Positions 17,939-28,071 are shown, counted from the first letter of the stretch. The stretch is DNA of 64,000 nt from an uncultured Bacteroidales bacterium (GCA_903925275.1 CAIYES010000104.1:450-64449), one strand, 5' to 3'. A program made the numbers and translations. Notes: a model not told the origin generated them from the sequence alone.

Positions 17939-19864
17939 ATGATCGATTTCAGTTACACCGTTTGGATTCTGTTGATACCCCTGCTCATGTTTTTAGTGGT
18001 CGGTCTCTTCGGGAACCGTTTTAAACCATTGGTCTCCGGAATTGCCGGAACCTCAGGCCTGTTTGTGATGTGGATACTGTCATTAGTCACAGCCTACAAG
18101 TATTTCTTTGTGCTTGAGAAGGCTGCCGACGGAACCTTTCAGAAATTCCTGGCCTTCAACATGCGCTGGCTGAACCTGACCGATACGCTTCACATCGACA
18201 TGGGAGTGCTCCTTGATCCCATCTCGATCATGATGCTGATCGTGATCACAACCGTTTCGTTTATGGTACACGTATATTCCATCGGGTACATGAAGGACGA
18301 AAAAGGGTTCATGCGTTTTTTTGCCATGTTATCGCTCTTCAGTTTTTCGATGCTGGGGCTGGTTGTTGCGACCAACATTTTCCAGATGTATATCTTCTGG
18401 GAACTTGTGGGGGTATCCTCTTATCTGCTTATCGGATTTTATTATACGAAGGATTCGGCTGTATCAGCCTCCAAGAAAGCTTTTATTGTGACCCGTTTTG
18501 CCGACCTGGGATTCCTTATCGGGATACTGATGCTTTCATTTTCCACAGGAACTTTCGACTTTCTGACCCTTACAGGTGCTAACAGCCCTGCGTTTTCTTC
18601 AGGAACCGGGATCATGTTCCTCGGATTGTCAACCATGACATGGTCAATGATCTTTATCTTCATGGGAGGCGCCGGAAAATCGGCTATGTTCCCGCTGCAT
18701 ATATGGTTACCCGATGCCATGGAGGGTCCAACCCCTGTTTCGGCACTTATCCATGCGGCCACCATGGTTGTTGCAGGTGTTTATCTGGTGGCACGTCTTT
18801 TTCCTATTTACGTTTTTGCTGCCCCCGTGGCCCTCGATGTGGTGATGTATGTGGGGGCATTCAGTTCTATTTTTGCTGCCGTGATCGCCTGTACCCAATT
18901 CGACATCAAGCGGGTACTTGCATATTCGACCATGTCGCAGATTGGCATGATGATGTTCGCCCTTGGTGTTTCTGGATACAGCGGACATGAAGGATTAGGT
19001 TATATGGCCTCTATGTTCCATCTTTTTACGCATGCATTTTTTAAATCTCTGTTATTTCTTGGTGCCGGAGCCATTATTCACGCCGTTCACAGCAATGTGA
19101 TGAACGAAATGGGCGGGTTGCGGAAATATCTTCCAATTACACATGCCACCTTCCTGATAGCCTGTTTAGCCATTGCCGGAGTTCCGCCACTGGCAGGGTT
19201 TTTCAGCAAGGACGAGATCCTGGCTGCCGGCCATGAAAAAAGCCTGATGTTATACTGGGTTGAAATGATCGTATCTGGGTTGACCGCATTTTATATGTTC
19301 CGCCTCTATTTCTCAGTTTTCTGGGGAAAAGAAACCCATTACCACCATACGCCGCATGAAGCTTCAAAAACGATGACCATTCCCCTGATGATTCTTGCCG
19401 TTGGCGCACTTCTGGCCGGATTGATCCCATTCTCCATGTTCGTTTCGTCCGACCGTATGCCTTTCCAATCGCACCTTGAGATCGGTATTGCCATTCCGGC
19501 TGTGCTGGTCGGTTTGTCCGGGATTTTGATCGCCATGATTTTCTACAGGAAAGAGACTGACCTGCCCGACAGGATATACAATGCCCTGGGCGGTTTCTCA
19601 AAGGCAGCCTTTCACAAATTTTACATTGATGAAGTCTATCTGTTCATAACCAAAAAAATTATTTTTAACTATGTGTCCCGTCCCATTGCGTGGTTCGACC
19701 GTCACATCGTAGATGGCGCCATGAACGGGGTGGCTTATGTAACAAACGAAGCCTCCGACCGCATTAAAAGATTTCAATCGGGCCAGCTCCAGCAATATGC
19801 ACTTGTTTTTGTATCCGGCGTAGTGTTGCTTACCTTGTTATTCACCTATTTTTGGACAAACTAA
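17939..19864 (+). CDS. nuoL: NADH-quinone oxidoreductase subunit L
   Basis: WLPDAMEGPTPVSALIHAATMV. 641-aa antiporter-like subunit with a C-terminal extension. Confidence 0.96.
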   Translation: MIDFSYTVWILLIPLLMFLVVGLFGNRFKPLVSGIAGTSGLFVMWILSLVTAYKYFFVLEKAADGTFQKFLAFNMRWLNLTDTLHIDMGVLLDPISIMMLIVITTVSFMVHVYSIGYMKDEKGFMRFFAMLSLFSFSMLGLVVATNIFQMYIFWELVGVSSYLLIGFYYTKDSAVSASKKAFIVTRFADLGFLIGILMLSFSTGTFDFLTLTGANSPAFSSGTGIMFLGLSTMTWSMIFIFMGGAGKSAMFPLHIWLPDAMEGPTPVSALIHAATMVVAGVYLVARLFPIYVFAAPVALDVVMYVGAFSSIFAAVIACTQFDIKRVLAYSTMSQIGMMMFALGVSGYSGHEGLGYMASMFHLFTHAFFKSLLFLGAGAIIHAVHSNVMNEMGGLRKYLPITHATFLIACLAIAGVPPLAGFFSKDEILAAGHEKSLMLYWVEMIVSGLTAFYMFRLYFSVFWGKETHYHHTPHEASKTMTIPLMILAVGALLAGLIPFSMFVSSDRMPFQSHLEIGIAIPAVLVGLSGILIAMIFYRKETDLPDRIYNALGGFSKAAFHKFYIDEVYLFITKKIIFNYVSRPIAWFDRHIVDGAMNGVAYVTNEASDRIKRFQSGQLQQYALVFVSGVVLLTLLFTYFWTN

Positions 19865-19876
19865 TACCATAGAAGA

Positions 19877-21391
19877 ATGAGTATTCTGACGCTATTTATC
19901 ATTATACCGGTTCTCACTGTAATTGGTATTTTATTATGCAAAACCCATATGCAGGTGAAGTGGGTCGCCGTAGTGGGAATGAGCCTGCAACTCATAAGCG
20001 CCATCGCGCTGATTCTGCTTTACCTGGCCGAACGGAGGGCGGGTAACATGGCCGAAATTCTCTTCATGCAGGATAATGTGTGGTATCAAACCCTCAACAT
20101 TCATTTTCTCATAGGCGTTGATGGTGTTTCGGTCGCCATGATCGGACTGACATCCCTGGTGGTTTTCGCCGGGATCTTTGCAAGCTGGGATATTGTTGAC
20201 CTGCCGCGCGAATTTTTTACATCACTGATTCTGCTGGCAACCGGAGTGTTCGGTTTCTTTATTTGCCTCGATCTTTTCACCATGTTCCTCTTCTACGAAT
20301 TGGCAGTAATACCGATGTACCTGCTGATTGGTATCTGGGGCAGTGGTCCGCGGCATTATTCAGCCATGAAACTTACCCTGATGCTCATGGGTGGCTCAGC
20401 ACTTATACTGTTGGGAATTATCGGTATCTATTTCAACTCTGCTCCCAACGGTGGTCCGCTGACCTTCGACCTGATCAAGATCTCTAAAGAACACCTTCCC
20501 ATCAATGTTCAGCTTTTCTTATTTCCGTTCCTCTTTGTTGGGTTTGGAGTATTGGGAGCTATGTTTCCTTTCCACACATGGTCTCCCGATGGTCATGCCT
20601 CGGCGCCTACCGCCGTTTCGATGCTTCACGCAGGGGTACTCATGAAACTGGGCGGTTACGGTTGCTACCGTGTTGCAGTTTTTCTCCTTCCTGAAGCAGC
20701 ACACCAATTAGGCTGGATTTTCCTGATCCTTGCCACAATCGGTGTTATTTACGGTGCGCTCGGGGCTGTATGGCAGAAAGACCTGAAATATATCAATGCC
20801 TATTCGTCGGTGAGCCATTGTGCTCTTGTGTTGTTTGCCATTCTCATGTTCAACCAGACCGCCATGAACGGTGCCATCATGCAGATGATCTCTCATGGCA
20901 TCATGACAGCCCTTTTCTTTGCCCTTATCGGGATGATTTACGGGCGAACCCATACCCGATTCATCAATGAAATGGGTGGTTTGATGAAGGTAATGCCCTT
21001 CCTGGCTGTCGCCTATGTCATCGCGGGTCTTGCATCCCTCGGACTTCCCGGATTCAGCGGGTTTGTGGCCGAAATGACCATTTTCGTAGGAGCTTTCCAG
21101 AATGCGGATGTTTTCCACCGCGTGGCTACCATCATTGCTGCCTCTTCAATCGTGGTTACCGCTGTGTATGTTCTCCGGGTAGTTGGTGTTTTATTGCTTG
21201 GAAAAATCAAAAATGAACATTTTGAGACCATTACCGATGCCAAATGGTTTGACAAAATAAGCGTGGTTACCTTAATATTTGGGATCACGCTGATCGGAGT
21301 GGCCCCACTCTGGCTATCGGATATGATCACACAGGGATTGGGACCCATCATGCATAAACTACTTGCCGCTGCGCCGGGAATAATAAATTAA
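19877..21391 (+). CDS. nuoM: NADH-quinone oxidoreductase subunit M
   Basis: HTWSPDGHASAPTAVSMLHAGVLMKLGGYG. Confidence 0.95.
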   Translation: MSILTLFIIIPVLTVIGILLCKTHMQVKWVAVVGMSLQLISAIALILLYLAERRAGNMAEILFMQDNVWYQTLNIHFLIGVDGVSVAMIGLTSLVVFAGIFASWDIVDLPREFFTSLILLATGVFGFFICLDLFTMFLFYELAVIPMYLLIGIWGSGPRHYSAMKLTLMLMGGSALILLGIIGIYFNSAPNGGPLTFDLIKISKEHLPINVQLFLFPFLFVGFGVLGAMFPFHTWSPDGHASAPTAVSMLHAGVLMKLGGYGCYRVAVFLLPEAAHQLGWIFLILATIGVIYGALGAVWQKDLKYINAYSSVSHCALVLFAILMFNQTAMNGAIMQMISHGIMTALFFALIGMIYGRTHTRFINEMGGLMKVMPFLAVAYVIAGLASLGLPGFSGFVAEMTIFVGAFQNADVFHRVATIIAASSIVVTAVYVLRVVGVLLLGKIKNEHFETITDAKWFDKISVVTLIFGITLIGVAPLWLSDMITQGLGPIMHKLLAAAPGIIN

Positions 21392-21468
21392 GCCCATCCG
21401 CTCACGCTCCACTACCACAGGGGGGAGTGTTGGGGAGGGGGTAATACAAACGTAATAAAAGACACACG

Positions 21469-22878
21469 ATGCTGATAATGAGACATGAATTGCTGCTGAT
21501 TGTCATCACAGTAATCCTGCTGATTGTAGAGATTTTTCTGCCCAACACACAGAAACATAAAATCATTTTACCGGCTGTTCTGTTAATGGCGGCCGTCACA
21601 GTTCTGGGATTTTTCCCCGGCGTCCCCGGTATTCTGTTTGGAGGAATGTATCAATCTACCCAACTTACCATGATGCTGAAGAACATTCTGAACATCGGGG
21701 TGCTGATCATTTTTATCCAGTCGGTTGATTGGCTGAAGCAGGAACAGAACAAGGAAAAGATAAGTGAATTCTTTCTGCTGATGCTTTCAACACTGATCGG
21801 GATGAACTACATGATCTCTTCCGGTGATTTTTTGATGTTCTACATCGGACTCGAACTGGCAACGATCCCGATTGCTGCCCTGGCTGCCTATGAGCGGATG
21901 AAGGAAAAATCGGCTGAAGCAGGGGTCAAGTTGATTTTTACATCCGCGCTTTCATCTGGAATTTTACTGTATGGTTTGTCAATGATCTATGGAACCACAG
22001 GAACAATGTATTTTGCCGATGTAGCCCCGCTGATTACAGGCGCTCCGCTGCAGGTTCTCGCGTTCATCTTCTTTTTTGCCGGCATGGCTTTTAAAATCTC
22101 CCTGGTTCCATTCCACCTTTGGACTGCCGACGTTTACGAAGGCGCCCCGGTGAACGTTGCCTCCTATCTTTCGGTAATCTCAAAAGGTGCTGCTGTTTTT
22201 ATTTTCACAATCATCCTGTATACCGTTTTTACCAAGATTGCGGTCATGTGGAGTGAGATCATCTATGTGATCACCATCCTCACCATAACAGTTGGAAATC
22301 TCTTTGCAATGCGTCAGCAGAACCTCAAGCGGTTTCTGGCTTTTTCATCTATTGCCCAGGCCGGTTTCATACTCCTCGGTATCATCGGCCAAAGCCAGCT
22401 TGGTATGACCACCGTCATCTATTTTGCCCTGGTGTATATTTTTTCCAACCTGGGAGCATTCGGCGTGGTGGGCATCATTTCAAACCGCACCGGCAAGGAA
22501 ACCATCAACGATTATGACGGACTTTACCGCACAAATCCCAACCTCAGCCTGGTTATGATGCTTTCGCTCTTTTCTCTTGCAGGCATCCCTCCGCTGGCAG
22601 GTTTTTTCGGAAAGTTTTTCCTCTTTACTGCCGCAGCAAAGCAGGGATATTATATACTCGTCCTGATCGCACTTATCAATACCATCATCTCTTTGTACTA
22701 TTATTTATTGGTGATCAAGGCCATGTTGCTCAACAACAGCGATCGGCCGATAGCGAGATTTAAAAGCGACTGGTACACCCGCCTAGGATTGCTTATGTGC
22801 GTGGCCGGCATGGTGATCATTGGTTTTGCCAGTTCAATTTATGAAGTGGTTTATAATTTAAGTTACGGGTTGTATTGA
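21469..22878 (+). CDS. nuoN: NADH-quinone oxidoreductase subunit N
   Basis: FHLWTADVYEGAPVNVASYLSVISKGAA. Last gene of the cluster. Confidence 0.94.
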   Translation: MLIMRHELLLIVITVILLIVEIFLPNTQKHKIILPAVLLMAAVTVLGFFPGVPGILFGGMYQSTQLTMMLKNILNIGVLIIFIQSVDWLKQEQNKEKISEFFLLMLSTLIGMNYMISSGDFLMFYIGLELATIPIAALAAYERMKEKSAEAGVKLIFTSALSSGILLYGLSMIYGTTGTMYFADVAPLITGAPLQVLAFIFFFAGMAFKISLVPFHLWTADVYEGAPVNVASYLSVISKGAAVFIFTIILYTVFTKIAVMWSEIIYVITILTITVGNLFAMRQQNLKRFLAFSSIAQAGFILLGIIGQSQLGMTTVIYFALVYIFSNLGAFGVVGIISNRTGKETINDYDGLYRTNPNLSLVMMLSLFSLAGIPPLAGFFGKFFLFTAAAKQGYYILVLIALINTIISLYYYLLVIKAMLLNNSDRPIARFKSDWYTRLGLLMCVAGMVIIGFASSIYEVVYNLSYGLY

Positions 22879-23020
22879 TGTTGCATTTCCGTAGAGCCGC
22901 ATCGCAATGCGGCGTACGGGTTGTATTGATGTTGCATTTCCGTAGAGCCGCATCGCAATGCGGCTGTACGGTCCGGCGCATTGCATTTCCGTAGAGCCGC
23001 ATCGCGATGCGGCTCTACGG
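22865..23020 (+). repeat. Three tandem copies (~51 bp) of a hairpin-bearing element that starts inside the last codons of nuoN
   Basis: ACGGGTTGTATTGATGTTGCATTTCCGTAGAGCCGCATCGCAATGCGGC(T)GT x2, then a third partial copy. The third copy forms a perfect 14-bp stem: CCGTAGAGCCGCAT-CGCG-ATGCGGCTCTACGG (22989-23020). Confidence 0.9.
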
Positions 23021-23063
23021 CCAAGGTCGGATATTTCATCACATTGGAATGATAAATAGTATT

Positions 23064-23393
23064 ATGGCAAATTTAAAAGGTAAACACAATATCGCCGCAA
23101 TTGATGATGTGCGTTGCACGGTGATTGAAACAGGTGCAACAACAGCTCGTTCCGGATTTTTAAAAGAGCTGCTTGCTTTTAACAGGTATGATGTGAAAAC
23201 CGAAAATGAAAAAGCAAAGGATGGCAGCATGCTTGAAACTTTTATTATCGGAGTAACTGATACTCTTTTCAATCCGATGATAGCCGTTTACCAGAAAAAA
23301 CTCTTCAGGAAAGACGGAAAAACGGTGACCCCGAATTACTGGAATCAAAAGCCGGAGCAGGATGATATTCCGTACTGGCAGGTTCAACGGTAA
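23064..23393 (+). CDS. Hypothetical protein
   Basis: ORF with no family recognised. Start is uncertain (ATG 23049 or 23064). The listed start at 23007 lies inside the hairpin repeat. Confidence 0.5.
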   Translation: MANLKGKHNIAAIDDVRCTVIETGATTARSGFLKELLAFNRYDVKTENEKAKDGSMLETFIIGVTDTLFNPMIAVYQKKLFRKDGKTVTPNYWNQKPEQDDIPYWQVQR

Positions 23394-23398
23394 CCGCC

Positions 23399-23596
23399 AT
23401 GCAAAAACTTGCCAAATATTTCGCCTGGTTTGTTATTTCCCTTTATTTCATTCTCGGGATATTTGTGCTTGTAAGCCCCCGGTTTCAATATCTTTCTAGA
23501 GAGGTTAAAATCATTTTTGCCGTCTTCCTTTTCCTTTATGGCGGATTCCGTATTGCACGCCTTTGGTCAAAAAACCGGGAACGCAACGAAGAATAA
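23399..23596 (+). CDS. Small membrane protein (2 predicted TM helices)
   Basis: 65 aa with two hydrophobic stretches (FAWFVISLYFILGIFVLV, IIFAVFLFLYGGF). 5 nt after the previous stop. Confidence 0.5.
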   Translation: MQKLAKYFAWFVISLYFILGIFVLVSPRFQYLSREVKIIFAVFLFLYGGFRIARLWSKNRERNEE

Positions 23597-23753
23597 TTTC
23601 AATTGCCGGGGTGTTTTTCTTTAAAGAGAAGCGAAATATCGAAATAGCGAACGATTAACAGTGCTGGTAATAAAGGGATTCCGAGAAATTCGAACGGCAA
23701 AAGGTTTTTGTGAATTATCCGGCAAATTTTTGAAAGTGCAATAATAAATTTCA

Positions 23754-23761
23754 TAAATTTG
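23754..23761 (+). promoter_or_regulatory. Candidate -7 promoter box TAAATTTG
   Basis: Exact TAnnTTTG match. It overlaps the listed GTG start at 23761, which argues for the downstream ATG 23803. Confidence 0.4.
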
Positions 23762-23802
23762 TGTTCTATCATATGAATCAATTGATTTTAAGCGTTAAAG
23801 CG

Positions 23803-24762
23803 ATGAAAATAATCAAAGGGATCAGTGTATATTTTATAAATCTGGCTGGAATATTCTTATTTCTGCTCATAACATCATGTGGAGGTAACAGCAACCAGAA
23901 GAACACAGATACACCTACAAACGGAACAATCAAGGTTGGAGTTGATGATTCTTACCGTTTGCTCATTGAAGCAGAGGCATATACATTCGAGTCGCTATAC
24001 AAATATGCCCACATCGACACACTGTTCAAAACCGAAGCAGATGTGATCAATGATTTTATGAACGATTCCGTGCCACTGATCGTTGTGAACAGGCAACTCT
24101 CAGCCCAACAGGTTGCCTATCTGAAGGAGCGACAATACATTCCAAGAACGACAAAAATCGCCATGGATGCTGTTGCACTTATAGTCAACAACGATAATCC
24201 GGACACCTCCCTGTTTTATCAGACCGTAAAAGAAATTTTCCAGGGAAAGATCAAAACCTGGAAACAGATTGACCCCAAATCGAAATTAAAGGAGTTGCAG
24301 GTTGTGTTTGACAATTTCAAATCAGGAAACCCGCGCTTTTTTAAAGAAAAATTTTCCCTCGATTCATTTCCTTCCAATTGTTTTGCTGCAAAAAGCAATG
24401 CAGAGGTAATCAGCTATGTTGAAAAAAACATAAATGCAATTGGCGTTATCAGTGTGAATTGGATCAGTGATCCGGCAGATTCCGTTTCGCACAACTTCCT
24501 CAAACGGTTTAAAGTGGTCGGCATTGCCATGGAAGGGGATAACAACCCCGGGACAAAATTTTACAGACCGTTTCCAGGTAACATTGCCGAAGGATCCTAT
24601 CCGTTTACCCGTGAAGTGTATTGTATCAACCGCCAGTCGTATACCGGATTGGCGCATGGTTTTTCTTCATTTATCGCCGGCGAAAAAGGGCAGTTTATCG
24701 TCCTTCATTCCGGACTTGTACCCGCTGCCATGCCAGTGCGAATTGTCGAAATCAAACATTAA
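23803..24762 (+). CDS. PstS-like (PBP_like_2) substrate-binding lipoprotein of the TonB-cluster type
   Basis: Lipobox LLITSCGG. GTIKVGVDDSY, AMDAVALIVNNDNP and VKEIFQGKIKTWKQI resemble PstS-family binding proteins. The position upstream of TPR-ExbB-ExbD-ExbD-TonB is conserved. Confidence 0.7.
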   Translation: MKIIKGISVYFINLAGIFLFLLITSCGGNSNQKNTDTPTNGTIKVGVDDSYRLLIEAEAYTFESLYKYAHIDTLFKTEADVINDFMNDSVPLIVVNRQLSAQQVAYLKERQYIPRTTKIAMDAVALIVNNDNPDTSLFYQTVKEIFQGKIKTWKQIDPKSKLKELQVVFDNFKSGNPRFFKEKFSLDSFPSNCFAAKSNAEVISYVEKNINAIGVISVNWISDPADSVSHNFLKRFKVVGIAMEGDNNPGTKFYRPFPGNIAEGSYPFTREVYCINRQSYTGLAHGFSSFIAGEKGQFIVLHSGLVPAAMPVRIVEIKH

Positions 24763-24779
24763 TACTGAGGAGATATACT

Positions 24780-26498
24780 ATGTCAAGATTTACGAAACCG
24801 GTCGTTGTCGTTATTGTTCTGCTGCTCTTTTTCCCGTTCATCACAAAAACCTATTCGCAGGAACTGAAGGATGCTATAAAGCTTTCAAAAAGCGAACAAT
24901 TCAAGAAAGCCAGCTCAATGTTTAAATACCTGATCCAGCAAACACCCTCCAATGGTGATCTTTACTATTTTTATGGGAGGAATTTCCTGGATAAATATTA
25001 TTCTGACACCCTCAACATCTCTTTGTCTGAAATGGCTGATTCAGCCAAAGCGGTATATGAACTGGGGATCCAGCAGGATCCCGCCAACCCTTTGAATTTA
25101 GTGGGTTTGGGCGGCCTTGACCTGATAAAAAAGAAAATCCCCGAGGCACAGGCTGAATTTGCCAAAGCAATGGCGTTATTGCCATCCAAAGCAAACAAGC
25201 AGCTCAAAATGGATCCTGCAAAGCATTCCAGGGTATTGATCGAAATTGCCGAATCGTACGTTACCGCCAATGTGCATGATACGGCCAATGTTTTTGTTTT
25301 GTTGCACCAGGCTGAAAAACTTGACAGCAAGAACCCAAACCTTTACATCGTGAAGGGTGATGTTTATTTTTACCTGCTCAATGATGGATCGAAGGCTATT
25401 TCCAATTACAATGAAGCACAGAGGCTTGACCCGAAATCGCCGGAAGCAAAATTGCGTATCGGCCAGTTGTGGATGCGTGCCCGTAATTATACCGATGCCC
25501 TGAGTTATTACCAGGAGGTGGTTAAAATGGATTCGACCTTCGCCCCGGCATACCGCGAACTTGGATATTTACTTTCGAGAGCCAACAGGAATGCGGAAGC
25601 GCAAAAAAACTACAAAAAATTCCTGGCACTCTCCACCGGAAATACTTCAGCCCGTATAACCTTTGTGAACATTTTACTTGATTTGAAAAATTACTTTGAG
25701 GCGATTTACCAGTTAAACCTGATCATGAATGTGGATTCATCAGAGAATACGCTGAACAGGGCACTGGCCTATTCCTATTACGAAGTTCAGCTTTATGATA
25801 AGGGTTTGTATTATATCCAGAAATTTATAAAAAATGCAAAACCTGAAAAAATCCTTTCGCTGGATTATTCATATTATGGAAAATTATTAACCAAAAACAA
25901 ACAGGACTCACTCGCAGCCGAAATGTACCTGAAGGCATATGATATGGATCAGTCAAAAGTTGATCTGCTGTCTGAACTTGCCGCATCTTACTACAAACAA
26001 AAAAAATATAAAAAGTCGATTGAAATATTTTCAAAAAAAATCGCATTGGGAAAAGCCAGTTCCCAGGACTATTACACCATGGGGAAAGCCTATTTCAATG
26101 ATAAAGATTATATAAACGCAGACACCACACTGGGTACGGTTATTACACTGCAGCCTGAAAATCTGGCGGCCATCCTGTATCGCGCACGAACCAAATCATA
26201 CATGGATTCTGTCGACGTACAGAAGGGCACTAATTTTACGGGATATGCAGTTCCATTTTATAAGTTGTATATTGAGAAGTCGCAAGCAGATTCTGCTAAA
26301 TACATAAAAGAACGGTCGGAAGCACTGGACTATATGGCATTTTATTATTACTGCCAGTACAGCCTGAATCCAAAATCGCTTACCGATGCAGAAAATGCAC
26401 TTAAATACTGGACCCTTATGACTGCCCTAAATCCTAATGAGGAGAAAGCATTAAAGGTAAAACCGGTCATTGAATTGCTGAAACTTAAACTCAAATAA
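24780..26498 (+). CDS. Secreted tetratricopeptide-repeat protein
   Basis: Signal peptide MSRFTKPVVVVIVLLLFFPFITKTYSQ followed by repeated TPR-like helices (ALSYYQEVVKMDSTFAPAYRELGYLL etc). Start set at ATG 24780. Confidence 0.8.
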   Translation: MSRFTKPVVVVIVLLLFFPFITKTYSQELKDAIKLSKSEQFKKASSMFKYLIQQTPSNGDLYYFYGRNFLDKYYSDTLNISLSEMADSAKAVYELGIQQDPANPLNLVGLGGLDLIKKKIPEAQAEFAKAMALLPSKANKQLKMDPAKHSRVLIEIAESYVTANVHDTANVFVLLHQAEKLDSKNPNLYIVKGDVYFYLLNDGSKAISNYNEAQRLDPKSPEAKLRIGQLWMRARNYTDALSYYQEVVKMDSTFAPAYRELGYLLSRANRNAEAQKNYKKFLALSTGNTSARITFVNILLDLKNYFEAIYQLNLIMNVDSSENTLNRALAYSYYEVQLYDKGLYYIQKFIKNAKPEKILSLDYSYYGKLLTKNKQDSLAAEMYLKAYDMDQSKVDLLSELAASYYKQKKYKKSIEIFSKKIALGKASSQDYYTMGKAYFNDKDYINADTTLGTVITLQPENLAAILYRARTKSYMDSVDVQKGTNFTGYAVPFYKLYIEKSQADSAKYIKERSEALDYMAFYYYCQYSLNPKSLTDAENALKYWTLMTALNPNEEKALKVKPVIELLKLKLK

Positions 26499-26527
26499 CA
26501 ACCTTTTGATTTAGGATATTATTTTTC

Positions 26528-26535
26528 TATCTTTG
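26528..26535 (+). promoter_or_regulatory. Candidate -7 promoter box TATCTTTG
   Basis: Exact TAnnTTTG match 63 nt upstream of exbB. Confidence 0.35.
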
Positions 26536-26597
26536 TGGGCCTTTTTAACAAGAAAATCCAATAATTCATTCAATCTAAAATTTAAAACTTTTTAACG

Positions 26598-27419
26598 ATG
26601 AGCAAGACAACTAGCAAAGGCGGATCATTGGGTGAAGCCTTAAGGTCAGTGTTTACAGTGGGCGCTATGATCGTAGCATTCGCCTTTTCCTATTTCCTTT
26701 ACAAGGTCGTGTTTGGAAATCCATTGTTTTTTGAAGGGGGCAACCCTGATGGCCATCCGCTTCCGGGCAATTATCTTGCCATTATCTACAAAGGAGGGGT
26801 GATTGTTCCTTTTCTTATCACCTTGAACCTTATCCTTATCATTTTCGCAGTTGAACGTGGCATTACCTTGTTTCGCGCAAGGGGCAAAGGCCGCATCAAT
26901 GTATTTGTGAAGAACTTGCAAAACGATCTGAACAACAATAAAATCGAAGATGCAATTGTTGCCTGCGATAAGCAAAGAGGTTCATTGGCTAACGTCATGA
27001 AAGCCGGTTTAATTCGTTACCGTGCATTGCAAAACGATCCTACCCTCGAAAAAGACCAGAAGATCCTTGCACTGCAGAAAGAATTTGAAGAAGCTTCAGC
27101 ACTAGAACTGCCGATGCTTTCACGCAACCTGGTTATTCTGTCAACCATTGCTTCCATCTCCGTGTTAACAGGTCTTATGGGAACAGTTATCGGGATGATC
27201 AAGGCCTTTGCCGCCTTGGCTCAAGCCGGCGCCCCCGATGCCCTTGCACTCGCAAACGGTATTTCCGAGGCTCTTATCAACACCGCATTTGGTATCTTTG
27301 GATCATTAATGGCTATCATTTTCTACAACTTTTTCTCAACCCAGATCGATAGCTTTACCTATAAAATTGATGAGGCCGGATTCAGTCTCGTTCAGTCATT
27401 TGCAGCTGCTACCAAATAG
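26598..27419 (+). CDS. exbB: MotA/TolQ/ExbB proton-channel protein
   Basis: LSTIASISVLTGLMGTVIGMIKAF and ISEALINTAFGI are typical ExbB/TolQ helices. Confidence 0.9.
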   Translation: MSKTTSKGGSLGEALRSVFTVGAMIVAFAFSYFLYKVVFGNPLFFEGGNPDGHPLPGNYLAIIYKGGVIVPFLITLNLILIIFAVERGITLFRARGKGRINVFVKNLQNDLNNNKIEDAIVACDKQRGSLANVMKAGLIRYRALQNDPTLEKDQKILALQKEFEEASALELPMLSRNLVILSTIASISVLTGLMGTVIGMIKAFAALAQAGAPDALALANGISEALINTAFGIFGSLMAIIFYNFFSTQIDSFTYKIDEAGFSLVQSFAAATK

Positions 27420-27435
27420 TTAAAAAGAGAATCCT

Positions 27436-28071
27436 ATGCCAAAAATTAAACATCCGGCAAGATCTCCGCACATAGACATGACGCCTATGGTGGATTTGTT
27501 TTCCTTGCTGCTGACCTTTTTCATGTTGACCACCTCGTTCCGCCCGCAGGAAGCTGCGCCGATCGAAACACCCAATTCGGTGTCAGAAAAGCAAGCTCCG
27601 GATAATGATATCATGACGATCTTCATTTCCAAGGAGGGCAAGGTGTTTTTTACGTTCGACAACGGAAAAGATACTTCCACCCATTTCAGGTCTAAACTGC
27701 TTCAGAAAATGGGGGAACAGTACCAGGTTAAATTTACCCCAAAAGAGCTTGATAAATTCAGCAAAATGTCATCCTTCGGGATGCCGTTTAAAAACTTACA
27801 GGCATGGATCAATGCCACCGAACCCAAGGAAAGGGACAAACTTCAGGTGGGGATTCCAACCGACTCAACCGACAACCAGCTTGCCTGGTGGGTCAGGTTA
27901 GCCCGTATAACCAATCTCAACGCCGAAGTAGCCATCAAGGGGGATGCTGAAACCAATTATACCGTGGTGAAGAAGGTAATGGACCTGTTGCAGGAAAACA
28001 AGGTAAATAAATTTAATCTCGTTACCAACCTTCAGAAAGACGAAGTTTCCATGAAGGATGTACCTAAGTGA
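27436..28071 (+). CDS. exbD: ExbD/TolR biopolymer transport protein
   Basis: IDMTPMVDLFSLLLTFFMLT N-terminal motif. Confidence 0.88.
   Translation: MPKIKHPARSPHIDMTPMVDLFSLLLTFFMLTTSFRPQEAAPIETPNSVSEKQAPDNDIMTIFISKEGKVFFTFDNGKDTSTHFRSKLLQKMGEQYQVKFTPKELDKFSKMSSFGMPFKNLQAWINATEPKERDKLQVGIPTDSTDNQLAWWVRLARITNLNAEVAIKGDAETNYTVVKKVMDLLQENKVNKFNLVTNLQKDEVSMKDVPK

Noticed and set aside
21392-21468. G-rich tract GGGGGAGTGTTGGGGAGGGGG between nuoM and nuoN as a G-quadruplex
   Set aside because: There are only three G-runs of 4 or more, so a canonical four-tract G4 cannot form. There are no repeats or partners nearby.
22817-23063. ORFs 22817-23002 (-) and the 23007 start of the + ORF
   Set aside because: Both are translations of the triplicated hairpin element (repeated HCDAALRKCNINTTR and MRLYG peptides). 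A real start, if any, is at 23049 or 23064.
24621-24779. Listed longer N-terminus of the TPR protein overlapping the PstS-like gene
   Set aside because: The extension is Arg/Cys-rich junk overlapping the upstream CDS. ATG 24780 gives a clean signal peptide.
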